Of a stretch of DNA of 64,000 nt, positions 20,470 through 29,868 are shown piece by piece. A program made the position numbers and the translations under genes. The stretch lies in IMG/VR virus record IMGVR_UViG_3300032401_000001, positions 32,001 through 96,000 of that record; one strand, written 5' to 3'. The notes under the pieces are model-generated. The model did not search any database and was not told the origin of the DNA. It saw only the letters and a program-made list of their open reading frames with translations. Numbering within the stretch: position 1 is the first letter of the stretch; each line of letters begins with the position of its first letter. The stretch is from a virus.

Positions 20470-20475
20470 GTACGC

Positions 20476-20946
20476 ATGGACTACAAGAAGCGCGCTTGGA
20501 ATGCCGCTTGGGCAGCCTATCGCCTCTGGGCGAAAGGTCTGCGCAAGCTCCGCCTGCAACGGGGCTGGAGTCAACGACAGGTGGCCGTACAGATGATCTG
20601 CTCACGGTCGCAGTACGCGGCGATCGAGTATGGCCACAGCCTGGCGACCTACGCTCAGCTCTACCAGTTGGCGCTGGCGTTCAAGCTGACGCTTCCTAAA
20701 CTACTTTCTATCGCACCTGTGCGCTTCCCGCCGGTGCTAGTCCGTCTGGCCAAGGAGAGAGCAATGCCACGTCCGAAGGGTTCCCGCGTCATCGTCTGCA
20801 ACTCCTGCCACGCACGCCTCGTGGGCATGCCTGGTGACCGCCGCAGCTGTTGTGGGCGGAGCTACAAGATCCCCGCGAAGCCGGCGGCGGCGGCGAAGAA
20901 GCCGCTGAAGAAGCCGGTGTCGAAGAAGCGGGGGAAGAGCGCGTAG
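20476..20946 (+). CDS. XRE-family HTH regulator with C-terminal Zn ribbon and basic tail
   Basis: 'LRKLRLQRGWSQRQVAVQM..SRSQYAAIEYG' Cro/C1 HTH; 'CNSC...SCCG'. Confidence 0.8.
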   Translation: MDYKKRAWNAAWAAYRLWAKGLRKLRLQRGWSQRQVAVQMICSRSQYAAIEYGHSLATYAQLYQLALAFKLTLPKLLSIAPVRFPPVLVRLAKERAMPRPKGSRVIVCNSCHARLVGMPGDRRSCCGRSYKIPAKPAAAAKKPLKKPVSKKRGKSA

Positions 20947-21617
20947 TGGATCTGCCGCGCTTCATCATCGGCGTCGACGAAGCGGGCTATGGTTGCATCG
21001 CTGGCCCGCTCGTCGCCGCCGCCGTAGCTTTCAGCGACGGTCAGGAACGACCGACGGTTACTACGCCCAAAGGGCGCCTGATACCCGTGAAAGATTCGAA
21101 GAAGCTGTCGGACGAGCTCCTCGCGCCCATGGCACAGGTGGTGGCCGGTGTCTGCTGCGGCTACGAAATCCAGCGCGTCGCAGCCCCGACCATCGATGAG
21201 CAGGGACCAGAACAGGCGAAGTTCCAGGCGTTGCAGATGGTGACCAAACGTTTACTGGAGCGCCTACGGTTCTTGTACAGCGCTACGGTCACCTACCGGG
21301 TCATCGTCGATGGCCACGTTCGGTTCGGCGGGTGCGGCTTCGAGTATGACGCAATCCCACGCGCTGACATCACCGTCTGGCAAGTCAGCGCCGCGTCGGT
21401 GTTGGCCAAGAGTGCTCAGCTCGAAGCTATTCGACAGGTGCATCAAGAGTTTCCCAACTACGGCTTCGATAAGCATCACGGCTACCCCACGGAGACGCAC
21501 CTGACGGCCTTGCGTCGCTTCGGCGTGACGCCATATCATCGGCGCAGCTACGGGCCGGTCTCCGCCATCTTGTCCTGTCGCCGCAAGACGGTGGGAGGAG
21601 GTTGGGAATGGGACTGA
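20946..21617 (+). CDS. rnhB: Ribonuclease HII
   Basis: 'GVDEAG.G..AGPLVAAAV', 'DSKKLS', 'IVDG', 'SAASVLAK', 'YGF..H.GY.T..H'. Confidence 0.92.
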   Translation: MDLPRFIIGVDEAGYGCIAGPLVAAAVAFSDGQERPTVTTPKGRLIPVKDSKKLSDELLAPMAQVVAGVCCGYEIQRVAAPTIDEQGPEQAKFQALQMVTKRLLERLRFLYSATVTYRVIVDGHVRFGGCGFEYDAIPRADITVWQVSAASVLAKSAQLEAIRQVHQEFPNYGFDKHHGYPTETHLTALRRFGVTPYHRRSYGPVSAILSCRRKTVGGGWEWD

Positions 21618-21865
21618 CGCCCGCCGAAGAGCAGCTAGTCCAGAAGCGCGTTCCGGATGACATCTGTGCCCGCTGTCGCCGCAAGTTCCGTATCGGTGAC
21701 CGGGTCATGGGAGCGTACATTCTGATCGACCCCCACGCTCACAATCCGCATCGCATCACCGAACGCGGAATCATGTTGGGAACGGACCTGGAGTTCGTTC
21801 ACGTCGATTGCGAAGACCCTCAGCTCACAGGTCGCCGAGCAGCGAAGCTCATCATCCCGGGGTAA
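21608..21865 (+). CDS. Small Zn-finger-like hypothetical protein
   Basis: CxxC...HxxC; coupled to rnhB stop. Confidence 0.6.
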   Translation: MGLTPAEEQLVQKRVPDDICARCRRKFRIGDRVMGAYILIDPHAHNPHRITERGIMLGTDLEFVHVDCEDPQLTGRRAAKLIIPG

Positions 21866-21867
21866 GC

Positions 21868-22356
21868 ATGGCGCGGAAAGCGAAATTGAAAATTCCGCCG
21901 GGACAACAGGACCCGTGGAAGCGACGTCCCGTTCAGGAAGAATCCGTCGATACTGACGAAAGCGTCATCGGCACGCCTTCCAGTGATCATCCCCTCGACC
22001 AAGACCTGAAGCAGGCGATGCCGTTTGTCCTGCGCGCGCCGGGGCAGGACTACACCTTGTTGGTGCTTGACGCCATCGACACTGAAGCCGCCGTGCACGT
22101 GTTGCTACGCGTGGCCCAGAATCCAGCGGTTGACCAGGTGCTCCGCGAAGCCGGCTTCACCCAGGCGACGCGGGCTGAAGCCAGGCCACTTGGCTTCGTG
22201 CTGTTGGATACGGAACGCGTCCTGTGGTGCGCTACGGCGCAGAGTTCAGCCGATGGTTTTCGCCGCTTGGTGCAAGCCCTACTCCAGGAATGTCGACGAG
22301 ACCGCCTCTTCAAAGACCGGCTCGCCGAACTAGGACTGCGACCGTTGCTTCCGTGA
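21868..22356 (+). CDS. Hypothetical protein
   Basis: ATG 2 nt after previous stop; coding-like codon use. Confidence 0.55.
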   Translation: MARKAKLKIPPGQQDPWKRRPVQEESVDTDESVIGTPSSDHPLDQDLKQAMPFVLRAPGQDYTLLVLDAIDTEAAVHVLLRVAQNPAVDQVLREAGFTQATRAEARPLGFVLLDTERVLWCATAQSSADGFRRLVQALLQECRRDRLFKDRLAELGLRPLLP

Positions 22357-22396
22357 CCTGAGCCGTCCATCATGCAACTGAACCAAGGAGTCTTCG

Positions 22397-22684
22397 ATGA
22401 ACAACACGCCGTGTGGCCGTTGTACCTTCTACGATCCGCTGCTGGGCTCCAATGGAAAGGACACCGAGATGGGCTGGTGTGCAAAACGCTCGGTCTATCC
22501 GTTCCAGGAGGGACCGGGGCAGGTCTTTCCGCTGGGAGTCGAACGCGTAGCGCCGAAGGCACTGGCGAAGCCGTTCATCGTCAAGAAGGGACAGGTTGTG
22601 AACGCATGCTCGTTCGTTCGCCCGACCAACGAAGACCTGGTGGCGCGGAAGCGCACCCAGCAGAAGCTGCCTACACCTGGGTAG
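22397..22684 (+). CDS. Cys-rich hypothetical protein
   Basis: SD AAGGAG; 'CGRCTFY...GWC...C'. Confidence 0.6.
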   Translation: MNNTPCGRCTFYDPLLGSNGKDTEMGWCAKRSVYPFQEGPGQVFPLGVERVAPKALAKPFIVKKGQVVNACSFVRPTNEDLVARKRTQQKLPTPG

Positions 22685-22707
22685 GGCTACGTTTCCCCGC
22701 GCGTCCC

Positions 22708-23130
22708 TTGACGGACTTCGAACTCGAAGTCCTGAGTCCGCACTGTGAGACTTGCGGGTTGCCGGCGGCAATGGTCGAGTATCAACGTCCGTTCAATGAC
22801 GCTAGCGAAGCGGCCGCGACGGACCAGCGTCTACATGAAGTTGAAACGGGACTGCTGAAGTTCTACTGCGCCTACCACGCACCGTTCGCAGTGTCCGTTG
22901 AAGTTCGACAACGCGCTGAAGATGCTCTGCTGCGCGCCTTGAGTACGTCCGTGAGCTGCGCTAAGCGTGGTGATCACCGCTACGCTTCCGTGTGTGTCCA
23001 TTACATGCGGCGGTGTGTGAAGCGCTGCCAACCCATCGTCAATCTCCTGCGCGGCATCAACTGGGATACTGCTCAACAGAGCGTACAAGACGCGTGGAAA
23101 CGGCGTGAAGCCGCAAAGAGGACTCCATGA
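22708..23130 (+). CDS. Zn-finger-like hypothetical protein (start uncertain)
   Basis: 'HCETCG...FYCAYH' and further Cys/His; stop overlaps next ATG. Confidence 0.45.
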   Translation: MTDFELEVLSPHCETCGLPAAMVEYQRPFNDASEAAATDQRLHEVETGLLKFYCAYHAPFAVSVEVRQRAEDALLRALSTSVSCAKRGDHRYASVCVHYMRRCVKRCQPIVNLLRGINWDTAQQSVQDAWKRREAAKRTP

Positions 23131-23726
23131 CCACGAAGCTGCCCACGATGGACGATCTGACCAAGAACTTCTTGGGGGTCAACAAGAACTCAGAAGCGAA
23201 GGTCATAGCGGGCCAGACGGCCAATCCAGAACGTCAGCAGGCGCTCTACGAACAAGAGCTGGCGCACGAGGCCTGCGAGTTCGGCGACATTCTCGTCAAC
23301 TACGTCGGCGCGCACGTCGACGTGCCGCTGGCGCATCGGGCCTTCGGCGTCGCTCTCGGCGTTCTCAACCTGCGCAGCGAGTACCCCAACGGCGGAGAGC
23401 AGTTCGACGAACTGGCGGACCTGGGTGGCGAAGACCTGCAGATCGAGACCAAGAAGAAGGTGCCGGTCGTGGCACCCGTGGTGGCAGCTACCGCCACCGT
23501 TCGGCTCGACGACGCCAGTATCCGCGCCGCCGCGCCCTTCGCTGAAGTCTTCGTGCGCTACGTGACCATGAAGAAGCACCAGCTCGGGCTCAGCAATCCG
23601 CAGACGTCCTACGCACTGGGACGGACCTTCCACAACCTGCGGGTCTGCTTCCCACCGGAGGATGGTGGTCCCGCCGCCTTCGATCAGTACGCGAAGCAGG
23701 CGGGGGAGTACTTCAACCGTGGCTGA
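23127..23726 (+). CDS. Hypothetical protein with internal tandem duplication
   Basis: Two similar halves: 'EFGDILVNYV..ALGVLNLRSEYPNGGEQFDELA' and 'PFAEVFVRYV..ALGRTFHNLRVCFPPEDGGPAAFDQYA'. Confidence 0.7.
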   Translation: MTTKLPTMDDLTKNFLGVNKNSEAKVIAGQTANPERQQALYEQELAHEACEFGDILVNYVGAHVDVPLAHRAFGVALGVLNLRSEYPNGGEQFDELADLGGEDLQIETKKKVPVVAPVVAATATVRLDDASIRAAAPFAEVFVRYVTMKKHQLGLSNPQTSYALGRTFHNLRVCFPPEDGGPAAFDQYAKQAGEYFNRG

Positions 23727-23952
23727 AGATCTCACGGGGAAGGTGCTACAAGCCCTGGCGAGTGGCGGTTCCGCCAGTACGGCCGGGGTCTACGCTCGCG
23801 TCTTTCCGCCACCGATCTACGCCACGTTCCAGCGAGAGACTCAGCGACTCGCTGAGGTTCATCGCACGCTCATGACGCTCAAGAGCCAGCACCGGGTCTG
23901 GAGCGACGACGGTCATCAATGGCGAATCACCGAACGCGGGAGGCGCGTATGA
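23719..23952 (+). CDS. Small winged-helix-like hypothetical protein
   Basis: GTG overlapping previous stop; 'VLQALASGG.ASTAGVY...VHRTLMTLKSQHRV...WRIT'. Confidence 0.45.
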   Translation: MAEDLTGKVLQALASGGSASTAGVYARVFPPPIYATFQRETQRLAEVHRTLMTLKSQHRVWSDDGHQWRITERGRRV

Positions 23953-24206
23953 CGAAGATCGTGAAGGTCGTGAAGGTCGTGAAGCATCGCATCGAGATCT
24001 ACGAAGTCGAGAGCAACAACGACGACTTCTCGAACGCTGGCGCACTGGCCATCGTCCAGGCGCGCATGAAGGCCGGTATGCCCCTCGGGCTCACCAAGGA
24101 TGAGGAGGTGATCGTCAACTTCGACGTCGAAGGCCAGCTCTACGACAAGGACGGTCAGCCCGTCGCCGAGAACCTCTCGACGAAGACGAAGACGGGGAAG
24201 AAGTAG
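23949..24206 (+). CDS. Hypothetical protein
   Basis: ATGA coupling, SD GGAGG, high GC3. Confidence 0.65.
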   Translation: MTKIVKVVKVVKHRIEIYEVESNNDDFSNAGALAIVQARMKAGMPLGLTKDEEVIVNFDVEGQLYDKDGQPVAENLSTKTKTGKK

Positions 24207-24208
24207 CC

Positions 24209-24985
24209 GTGCTGCTCGGCATCCTCGGCGAAGCGGGTACCGGTAAGGATGAGGTCGCCCGGATTCTGGTACAAGAGGGGCGTAGCTACATCGTCGCCTT
24301 CGCCGACCCGATGAAGATCTACGCTCGCTGGATGTTCGGCTGGGATCCTGAAGTCCTGTGGGGCGCCAGTGCCCGGCGCGCCGAGCTCGACGAGCGCTTC
24401 AAGTTCCCGAAGTGCCCTACGTGTGGTCGTACTGAAGGCATTCGTGATCCAGATGGCGTCGACGTCGGTGCCGCGACTTGGCGAGTCTGCGCTTTCTGCA
24501 AGACCGCGACGCCATTCGAGCAGGTCATGGTTCCAGTCTCGCCGCGCTACGTGCTGCAACACCTGGGCGACTGGGCGCGCCGCTTCCGCGCCGACGCCTA
24601 CGTGGCGTTTGCGCTGCAGCGCGCCGCAGCTGTGCAGGAGTACCGCACCACACTGGCCGACCCGCTGGCAGTCGTGTTGCCGCCGGTGATCATGGATCAA
24701 CGCTGGCGACGGCGATCACTTGACAACGCGCCCCTCCACGTCGTCATCAACGACGTGCGCATGAAGAACGAGATCGCCGGTATCCACGACGCGGGTGGGC
24801 GCGTCTACCGCGTGAAGCGAAAGCACGCCATGGCCGTGCTGGCCCCCGGCATCCCCAATCACCAGTCCGAGCTGGAGCAGCGCACCGTCCCGGATGACGC
24901 CGTCGACGGCATCATCGACAACAACGGCACCCTCGAAGACTTGCGCGGTGTCATTCACGACCTGCTGGATGGCCTCGAGCACTGA
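24209..24985 (+). CDS. Deoxynucleoside monophosphate kinase (phage dNMP kinase family)
   Basis: P-loop 'GEAGTGKD', 'FADPMK', 'RYVLQHLG', 'INDVR..NE', 'HQSE', 'IDNNGTLEDL'. Confidence 0.85.
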   Translation: MLLGILGEAGTGKDEVARILVQEGRSYIVAFADPMKIYARWMFGWDPEVLWGASARRAELDERFKFPKCPTCGRTEGIRDPDGVDVGAATWRVCAFCKTATPFEQVMVPVSPRYVLQHLGDWARRFRADAYVAFALQRAAAVQEYRTTLADPLAVVLPPVIMDQRWRRRSLDNAPLHVVINDVRMKNEIAGIHDAGGRVYRVKRKHAMAVLAPGIPNHQSELEQRTVPDDAVDGIIDNNGTLEDLRGVIHDLLDGLEH

Positions 24986-25003
24986 CACAGAAAGGACTCC
25001 TTC

Positions 25004-25675
25004 ATGACCCAGCGCTACTTGCTCGTCGACACGGAGACCACCGGGCTTGACCCCAACCGGCACGCCTGTCTCGAAATCGGAGCCGCAGTCCTCGACGACA
25101 AGTTCGAGCTGGTGCCCGAGGCCGTCTTTCACAGCTACATCCGCCCCGGGCCGAGCGCCATCATCGACGGCACCGCCATCCAGATCAACGGTCACGGCTG
25201 GGCCGTGGACGCAACTTCGGCGACCTACCTGGCCGCGCCGCAACCCCATGAAGCCTGGAAGCACTTCTTCGACTGGCTCGCCCAGCACTTCGCTGAAGAC
25301 GGGATTCCGAAGCAGATCATCCCGGTGGGCTGGAACGTCGGCTTCGACGTAGGCTTTCTTCGACGGCTGTGGTGCGAGTATCTGATGACGTTGTCGCTGA
25401 AGCTCAACGTCCAGAAATGGACGCAGTTGCGCGACCATCCGCTGAAGGGCCACGGCTGGCCCATGCACTACCACATCATCGATCTCATCGGCGTGTGCCG
25501 CTACCTCGACGTTCGCGCCGGGCGCAGCCGCAAAGGCTACAAGCTCAGCGCCATCGCCGACGAAGTCTTGACGTCGGCTACCCGCGATGAGCTGCACCTG
25601 AAGTTCGGTGCGGCGCACACGGCCCTCGCCGACGCCTACATGGCACTGCACGTCGTCCGCGCTCTCGAAGCCTAG
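25004..25675 (+). CDS. DEDDh 3'-5' exonuclease
   Basis: ExoI 'VDTETTGL', ExoII 'WNVGFD', ExoIII 'HTALAD'. Confidence 0.9.
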   Translation: MTQRYLLVDTETTGLDPNRHACLEIGAAVLDDKFELVPEAVFHSYIRPGPSAIIDGTAIQINGHGWAVDATSATYLAAPQPHEAWKHFFDWLAQHFAEDGIPKQIIPVGWNVGFDVGFLRRLWCEYLMTLSLKLNVQKWTQLRDHPLKGHGWPMHYHIIDLIGVCRYLDVRAGRSRKGYKLSAIADEVLTSATRDELHLKFGAAHTALADAYMALHVVRALEA

Positions 25676-25702
25676 TTCACCTCCCCTACAACAGGAGTCA
25701 CC

Positions 25703-26260
25703 ATGGTCACCAGCTACGGCTACGTGCCGGCAGCGGGGTACCGGGTACGTCGTGACGCGCCACGTACCCGTGACCTGCGCCAAGCCCTGCGTAGTCGCAA
25801 GGGCGAATGCAAGAACGGCAACCACCGTACGGAAATCGACGATCCCATCGTACCCGTGCCGGGCTATCCCGACCTGCAGAAGTGCGAGGGCTGTGAGCTG
25901 CTGTTGAAGTGCAACTCCAGCGGCGTGGCGGGACCCCCCTGGCAATCGAGCCGTGATCGTGAAGCACCCGACAACCAGCCACTCGAGTACTACCGCTGCT
26001 TGCGCGAGACCAAGCGCATCCGTTTCTATTTTCACGGCACCTGTTGTGTCGAGCTGGACATCAAGGCGCAGCTAGTGACCGACCACTCGACCTACGGCTG
26101 GTCCGTGTCGACAGGCCGCGCTATCCGGTGGTACCTCGAAGCTCTCGACGACGAGAACTACATCGGTTCGCGCGATCGCGTCTACGAGCTCATCAAGCTC
26201 TTCCGTAAGCACGGCCGCGGCAGCTACTTCGACGACGCGCCGTGGTACCCCACCTCCTGA
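25703..26260 (+). CDS. Hypothetical protein
   Basis: 185 aa, SD AGGAG. Confidence 0.65.
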   Translation: MVTSYGYVPAAGYRVRRDAPRTRDLRQALRSRKGECKNGNHRTEIDDPIVPVPGYPDLQKCEGCELLLKCNSSGVAGPPWQSSRDREAPDNQPLEYYRCLRETKRIRFYFHGTCCVELDIKAQLVTDHSTYGWSVSTGRAIRWYLEALDDENYIGSRDRVYELIKLFRKHGRGSYFDDAPWYPTS

Positions 26261-26270
26261 AGGAGTTGCT

Positions 26271-26675
26271 GTGCCCCTCACCAAAGAGAAGATCAACGAC
26301 ATCTGGCACGCCGGCTATTGCCGCCAGACCGTGGCGGTTGCGCAGAAGACCGATGATAACCCTGCCGGCGCCCGCCAGCGGCTTCACTACCTGCAGCTGC
26401 ACATCATCAACGAGCGTTGCGAAGATTGTGACTTCGCCAACCGGCTCAAGGCGCTCGAGGCAGTCGTGGCACAGCGCATGGGCGCCAAGGCATACGCTCT
26501 GTTCTTGCACGGCGGCGACATCACCAAGATGAACGAAGATGACCCGCACGCCAAGCGTCTCTACGAGAAGACGTTGGTGCAGGTTCTCGACGGGGCCATC
26601 ACCGCCGGCGTCATTCCGGAGCGCATGCGCGACTGGATGACCACCGTCGCAGAGCGGAAGGATTTCGAACCATGA
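26271..26675 (+). CDS. Hypothetical protein
   Basis: 134 aa, SD AAGGAG, coupled to next gene. Confidence 0.65.
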   Translation: MPLTKEKINDIWHAGYCRQTVAVAQKTDDNPAGARQRLHYLQLHIINERCEDCDFANRLKALEAVVAQRMGAKAYALFLHGGDITKMNEDDPHAKRLYEKTLVQVLDGAITAGVIPERMRDWMTTVAERKDFEP

Positions 26676-27619
26676 GCGAAGATCACCTCGGCAAGTTCGT
26701 CGGGTCCAAGGCTGGGCAAGCGCTGTTGCAGGACATCCACAAGATTGCTGACGCGGCGGCGCGCTGGGCCATCACTCAACCCCGTGTCGTCTCCAGCGAA
26801 GAGTTCGCCGCCTGGGCGGCCAAGCAAGCAACCACTGCGCCCGTGGCGCCTGAGTTGCCGTCCTACCTCGATGACGTCGCCAAGCAGCATGCGGCGCTCC
26901 TGCAGAAGGAAGGCGAGCCCCTGGTACAAGAGGGCGAGAAGCCCACCTGGTGGTTCCCTCGGGTCTACCGCCCCTACATCGAAGCCTATGCGTTCCGCCG
27001 GGCCGACGATGGGTTCTATCGCTTCGAGGCCATCCTCCTGGGTGAGAGTCCGGAGGCCCTCCGTTCCGTCACCATCGTCGGTGATTGCGACAACGACACC
27101 TACTACTTCGGGGGCAAGAATTCACGCCTGGCGATGGCTCACCTGCTCGGTCACAGCGATACCAACTACCTGCTGTCGAAGGGCAGTGTGAAGCAGGTCT
27201 TCACGGCAGCGCGTGCGTCTGACGACTTCACGGCTTTCTGCGAGTCCAACGCGTGCGATCTCGAGAAGTCCGTCGCTCAACTCAAGCAGGACCACGCAGC
27301 TCATGAGGGCGAGGATCGTGCCGCTGAGCTCGCCGATGAACTGAAGCCCCTCGAGCAGGATGTTGAATCCTGGCGCGCCCTCGGTGACGAAGTCGGTTCT
27401 GCCATTCGGAACTGCGCCGAAGGTCTCAGTACGATGTACGACATCCTCGACAGCGCTCTCGAAGCAGAAGAGTGCTACGCACGTCTCCGCGAGTTCATCC
27501 CTGATCGGTGCGACTGCACCTGGGGCGACGACTACGACGACATGACCTACAGCCGCGTGAAGCAGTTGCGCTGGTTCGGGCTGTGGTTGGAGAAGCACCT
27601 CACCGAAGGAGGCGCGTGA
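26672..27619 (+). CDS. Hypothetical phage protein
   Basis: 315 aa, ATGA coupling, high GC3. Confidence 0.7.
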   Translation: MSEDHLGKFVGSKAGQALLQDIHKIADAAARWAITQPRVVSSEEFAAWAAKQATTAPVAPELPSYLDDVAKQHAALLQKEGEPLVQEGEKPTWWFPRVYRPYIEAYAFRRADDGFYRFEAILLGESPEALRSVTIVGDCDNDTYYFGGKNSRLAMAHLLGHSDTNYLLSKGSVKQVFTAARASDDFTAFCESNACDLEKSVAQLKQDHAAHEGEDRAAELADELKPLEQDVESWRALGDEVGSAIRNCAEGLSTMYDILDSALEAEECYARLREFIPDRCDCTWGDDYDDMTYSRVKQLRWFGLWLEKHLTEGGA

Positions 27620-27924
27620 TGGCTCTGCTCATCACCAGCACTGGCGAAGAACGCGAAGTGAAAGGCTCCAGCAAAGGTGGCAAGTTCGAGCTGCCTCAGC
27701 TCTACCAGCTCATCGAAACCGACATGGTGCAGATGGTGCCCGTGAAGGTCACGCACAACGGCGTCAACTACAACGAGGTCTGGTGCGACGAAGAGGGCAA
27801 GCTGAAGGCCAAGCCCATCAACGCCAAGGCCACACGGCTGGCAAAGACCAGCCTCTTCGAAGGCGACATGCTCGTCGGCACCGTACTGTTCATGCGCACC
27901 CGCAAAGAGGGGGGTTCCCGGTGA
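27619..27924 (+). CDS. DUF3846-like protein
   Basis: 'LYQLIETDMVQMV...VWCDEEGKLK..PINAKAT...LVGTVLF'. Confidence 0.75.
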   Translation: MALLITSTGEEREVKGSSKGGKFELPQLYQLIETDMVQMVPVKVTHNGVNYNEVWCDEEGKLKAKPINAKATRLAKTSLFEGDMLVGTVLFMRTRKEGGSR

Positions 27925-28151
27925 AGACCAGGATCATCATCAGAGGCATGTCCATCAACGGGGTTCAGTTGCTGCTGCTGGACGACAAGGGTCAGGAGTT
28001 GAAGCGGCTCTGTCCGCATTGCGGCGCCAAGAAGGCCATCTCAGAGTTCGGTCTGCGCAGCATGACTGCCCGGCCGGGCAATGCTCCGGTCGTGCGCCTG
28101 CAGCCGTGGTGCACCCCTTGCCGCAGCGACGAACGTCGCACGGCACGATGA
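27921..28151 (+). CDS. Small Zn-ribbon protein
   Basis: 'CPHCGAKKAISEF...QPWCTPC'. Confidence 0.6.
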   Translation: MKTRIIIRGMSINGVQLLLLDDKGQELKRLCPHCGAKKAISEFGLRSMTARPGNAPVVRLQPWCTPCRSDERRTAR

Positions 28152-28429
28152 GCATGTCTGCCCGGGACGTGCTGCGCGTACTGCAGCTGCGCTTCGGTGA
28201 GTACGATGCCAAGCTGCGTGCCCGCGCCATCTTCGAACAGCTCTCGGGTGCCCTGCTGCACATCGCTACGCTCGAGAGCGTCGCGGTGCTGTTGGCACTC
28301 CACGAGCTCATCCGCGAAGCTATCCATCGCAACCCGATGCTGCGGCCCTACGCGCTGTATCTCGAGAAGCTGGTCACGTACGTCGAGAAGCGACTCGAGG
28401 AACGCCTGGCTGCAACGAGGACACCGTGA
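28148..28429 (+). CDS. Hypothetical protein
   Basis: Coupled on both sides. Confidence 0.6.
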   Translation: MSMSARDVLRVLQLRFGEYDAKLRARAIFEQLSGALLHIATLESVAVLLALHELIREAIHRNPMLRPYALYLEKLVTYVEKRLEERLAATRTP

Positions 28430-29055
28430 CCCAGGTCATGACCAGCAACGACGGTGAGTCGCAGATCCGGGGCGACCCCGGTCACTCGTCGTACTTCCAG
28501 GGCGGCTATCGGTCCTATGGTCGCTACCAGTGGAACTGCAAGTACCACGATTGGGGTTTCGCGGGCGAAGAGGGCAGCTTCGAGGATGAGGTCGAAGGCG
28601 CCCGCCGGTTCTTCTTCGGGGAGTACATCCGCGACAAGCATGGCCGCAAGGGCGGCTACGAGGCGCTGCCCGCCATCATCGGTCGCAAGCCCTTCGACGA
28701 AGGCGGTGCGCTGATCGACTCCGGCTTCTCCGGTCGGTCCGGAGGTTGGTTCGTCGTCGACGAAGACCTCACCGATGAAGAGCTTGAGAAGCTCGACACG
28801 TACATCAAAGAGATGATGGACGACGGACTCAAGCTGTACCTCAAAGATGAGCGCGCCTTCCGGCAGCAAGAAAAGGCCGACGCTGAAGCTGAAGCACGTG
28901 AACGTCGGTGGAAAGTCCTCAGTGACAAGCGCCTACAGCGCATCGCGGCACAGCTGCGCAAGATCGCCGGCGCGGACTTCTCGCTCATCGTCCATGGCGT
29001 CGATGTCGTCAAGACACTCGAAGAGACGCTGACGGAACCAGAGAAGAGCTTATGA
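28426..29055 (+). CDS. Hypothetical protein
   Basis: 209 aa, GTGA coupling, high GC3. Confidence 0.7.
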   Translation: MTQVMTSNDGESQIRGDPGHSSYFQGGYRSYGRYQWNCKYHDWGFAGEEGSFEDEVEGARRFFFGEYIRDKHGRKGGYEALPAIIGRKPFDEGGALIDSGFSGRSGGWFVVDEDLTDEELEKLDTYIKEMMDDGLKLYLKDERAFRQQEKADAEAEARERRWKVLSDKRLQRIAAQLRKIAGADFSLIVHGVDVVKTLEETLTEPEKSL

Positions 29056-29062
29056 TAAGCCC

Positions 29063-29344
29063 ATGGGTTGCCTGCACGACGGAAGCGAATCTCACGTGAG
29101 GTTACACCTCATCCGGGAAGAGTCGTCACTGCTGGAAGCCTCTGAAACGCTCTCACCACCGGAGCCGCGGCGGGTTCGCTGCGTCTTGTGGATTCTCATC
29201 GGCGTCGCTGTGCTGCTACTCGGCGGCAGCGTTCTCTCAACGCTGTGCACCGCTCGGCAGCACGTGCTGGGCGTCGTGGCTACGGTAGTGATCTGGCTGC
29301 AGGCGTTCTCCTGCTTCGTACGTGCCTACCGCAATACGCACTGA
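29063..29344 (+). CDS. Small membrane protein (2 TM)
   Basis: Two hydrophobic stretches; start uncertain. Confidence 0.45.
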   Translation: MGCLHDGSESHVRLHLIREESSLLEASETLSPPEPRRVRCVLWILIGVAVLLLGGSVLSTLCTARQHVLGVVATVVIWLQAFSCFVRAYRNTH

Positions 29345-29367
29345 TTCCCCGTTGCACGAGGAGTCCC

Positions 29368-29859
29368 ATGCCCAAGTCGAAGGAAGTCCTTCGCCTGGCG
29401 ATCCCGAAGACTGTCCAGCTCCCGATGAAGGGCCGGAAGTTGACGGAGGAGGACCAGGCGATCATCGCCAATCGCTACCAGCTCAACGATACCTACATGA
29501 CCATCAAGAAGGAGCTGGGCTGCAACGTGGCGCGCATCGCTGAAGTCGCGCAGCTCTACAAGCTGCCCCCGCGTAACCCGGGCAAGATGGGCAAGCGGCG
29601 CCGCAAAAACGACTGTGCCCAGCCGCCGAATGCCAAGGCTACCGCGGCACGGGCCAACGCCGCGCTGCAAGCGACGGCCGCCGCGCCACCGATGCTGCAC
29701 CCCTACACCTCCATCCAGCGGCTCACCGCCGAGTACCTCGGGCAGATGCAGGGGCTTCTGCACAACGAGCTCGTACGCGTCACCATCACCAAAGATGCGG
29801 CGGGCCAGGTCGAGCTGACCTACGACCTGGTGGAGCGGCATCGCCAGAAGTGGCCCTAG
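29368..29859 (+). CDS. Putative HTH DNA-binding protein
   Basis: SD GAGGAG; 'TYMTIKKELGCNVARIAEVA'. Confidence 0.55.
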   Translation: MPKSKEVLRLAIPKTVQLPMKGRKLTEEDQAIIANRYQLNDTYMTIKKELGCNVARIAEVAQLYKLPPRNPGKMGKRRRKNDCAQPPNAKATAARANAALQATAAAPPMLHPYTSIQRLTAEYLGQMQGLLHNELVRVTITKDAAGQVELTYDLVERHRQKWP

Positions 29860-29868
29860 GAGGGCACC

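Noticed and set aside
24716-26035. 439-aa minus-strand ORF (also 13780-14970 +, 54445-55494 +, 58075-58950 - and similar)
   Set aside because: Antisense shadows of well-supported genes, expected in high-GC DNA; no motifs or SD.
29048-29060. Palindrome GCTTAT-G-ATAAGC with the same 6-1-6 geometry as the operator box
   Set aside because: Single copy, different sequence, overlaps a stop codon; cannot be distinguished from chance.
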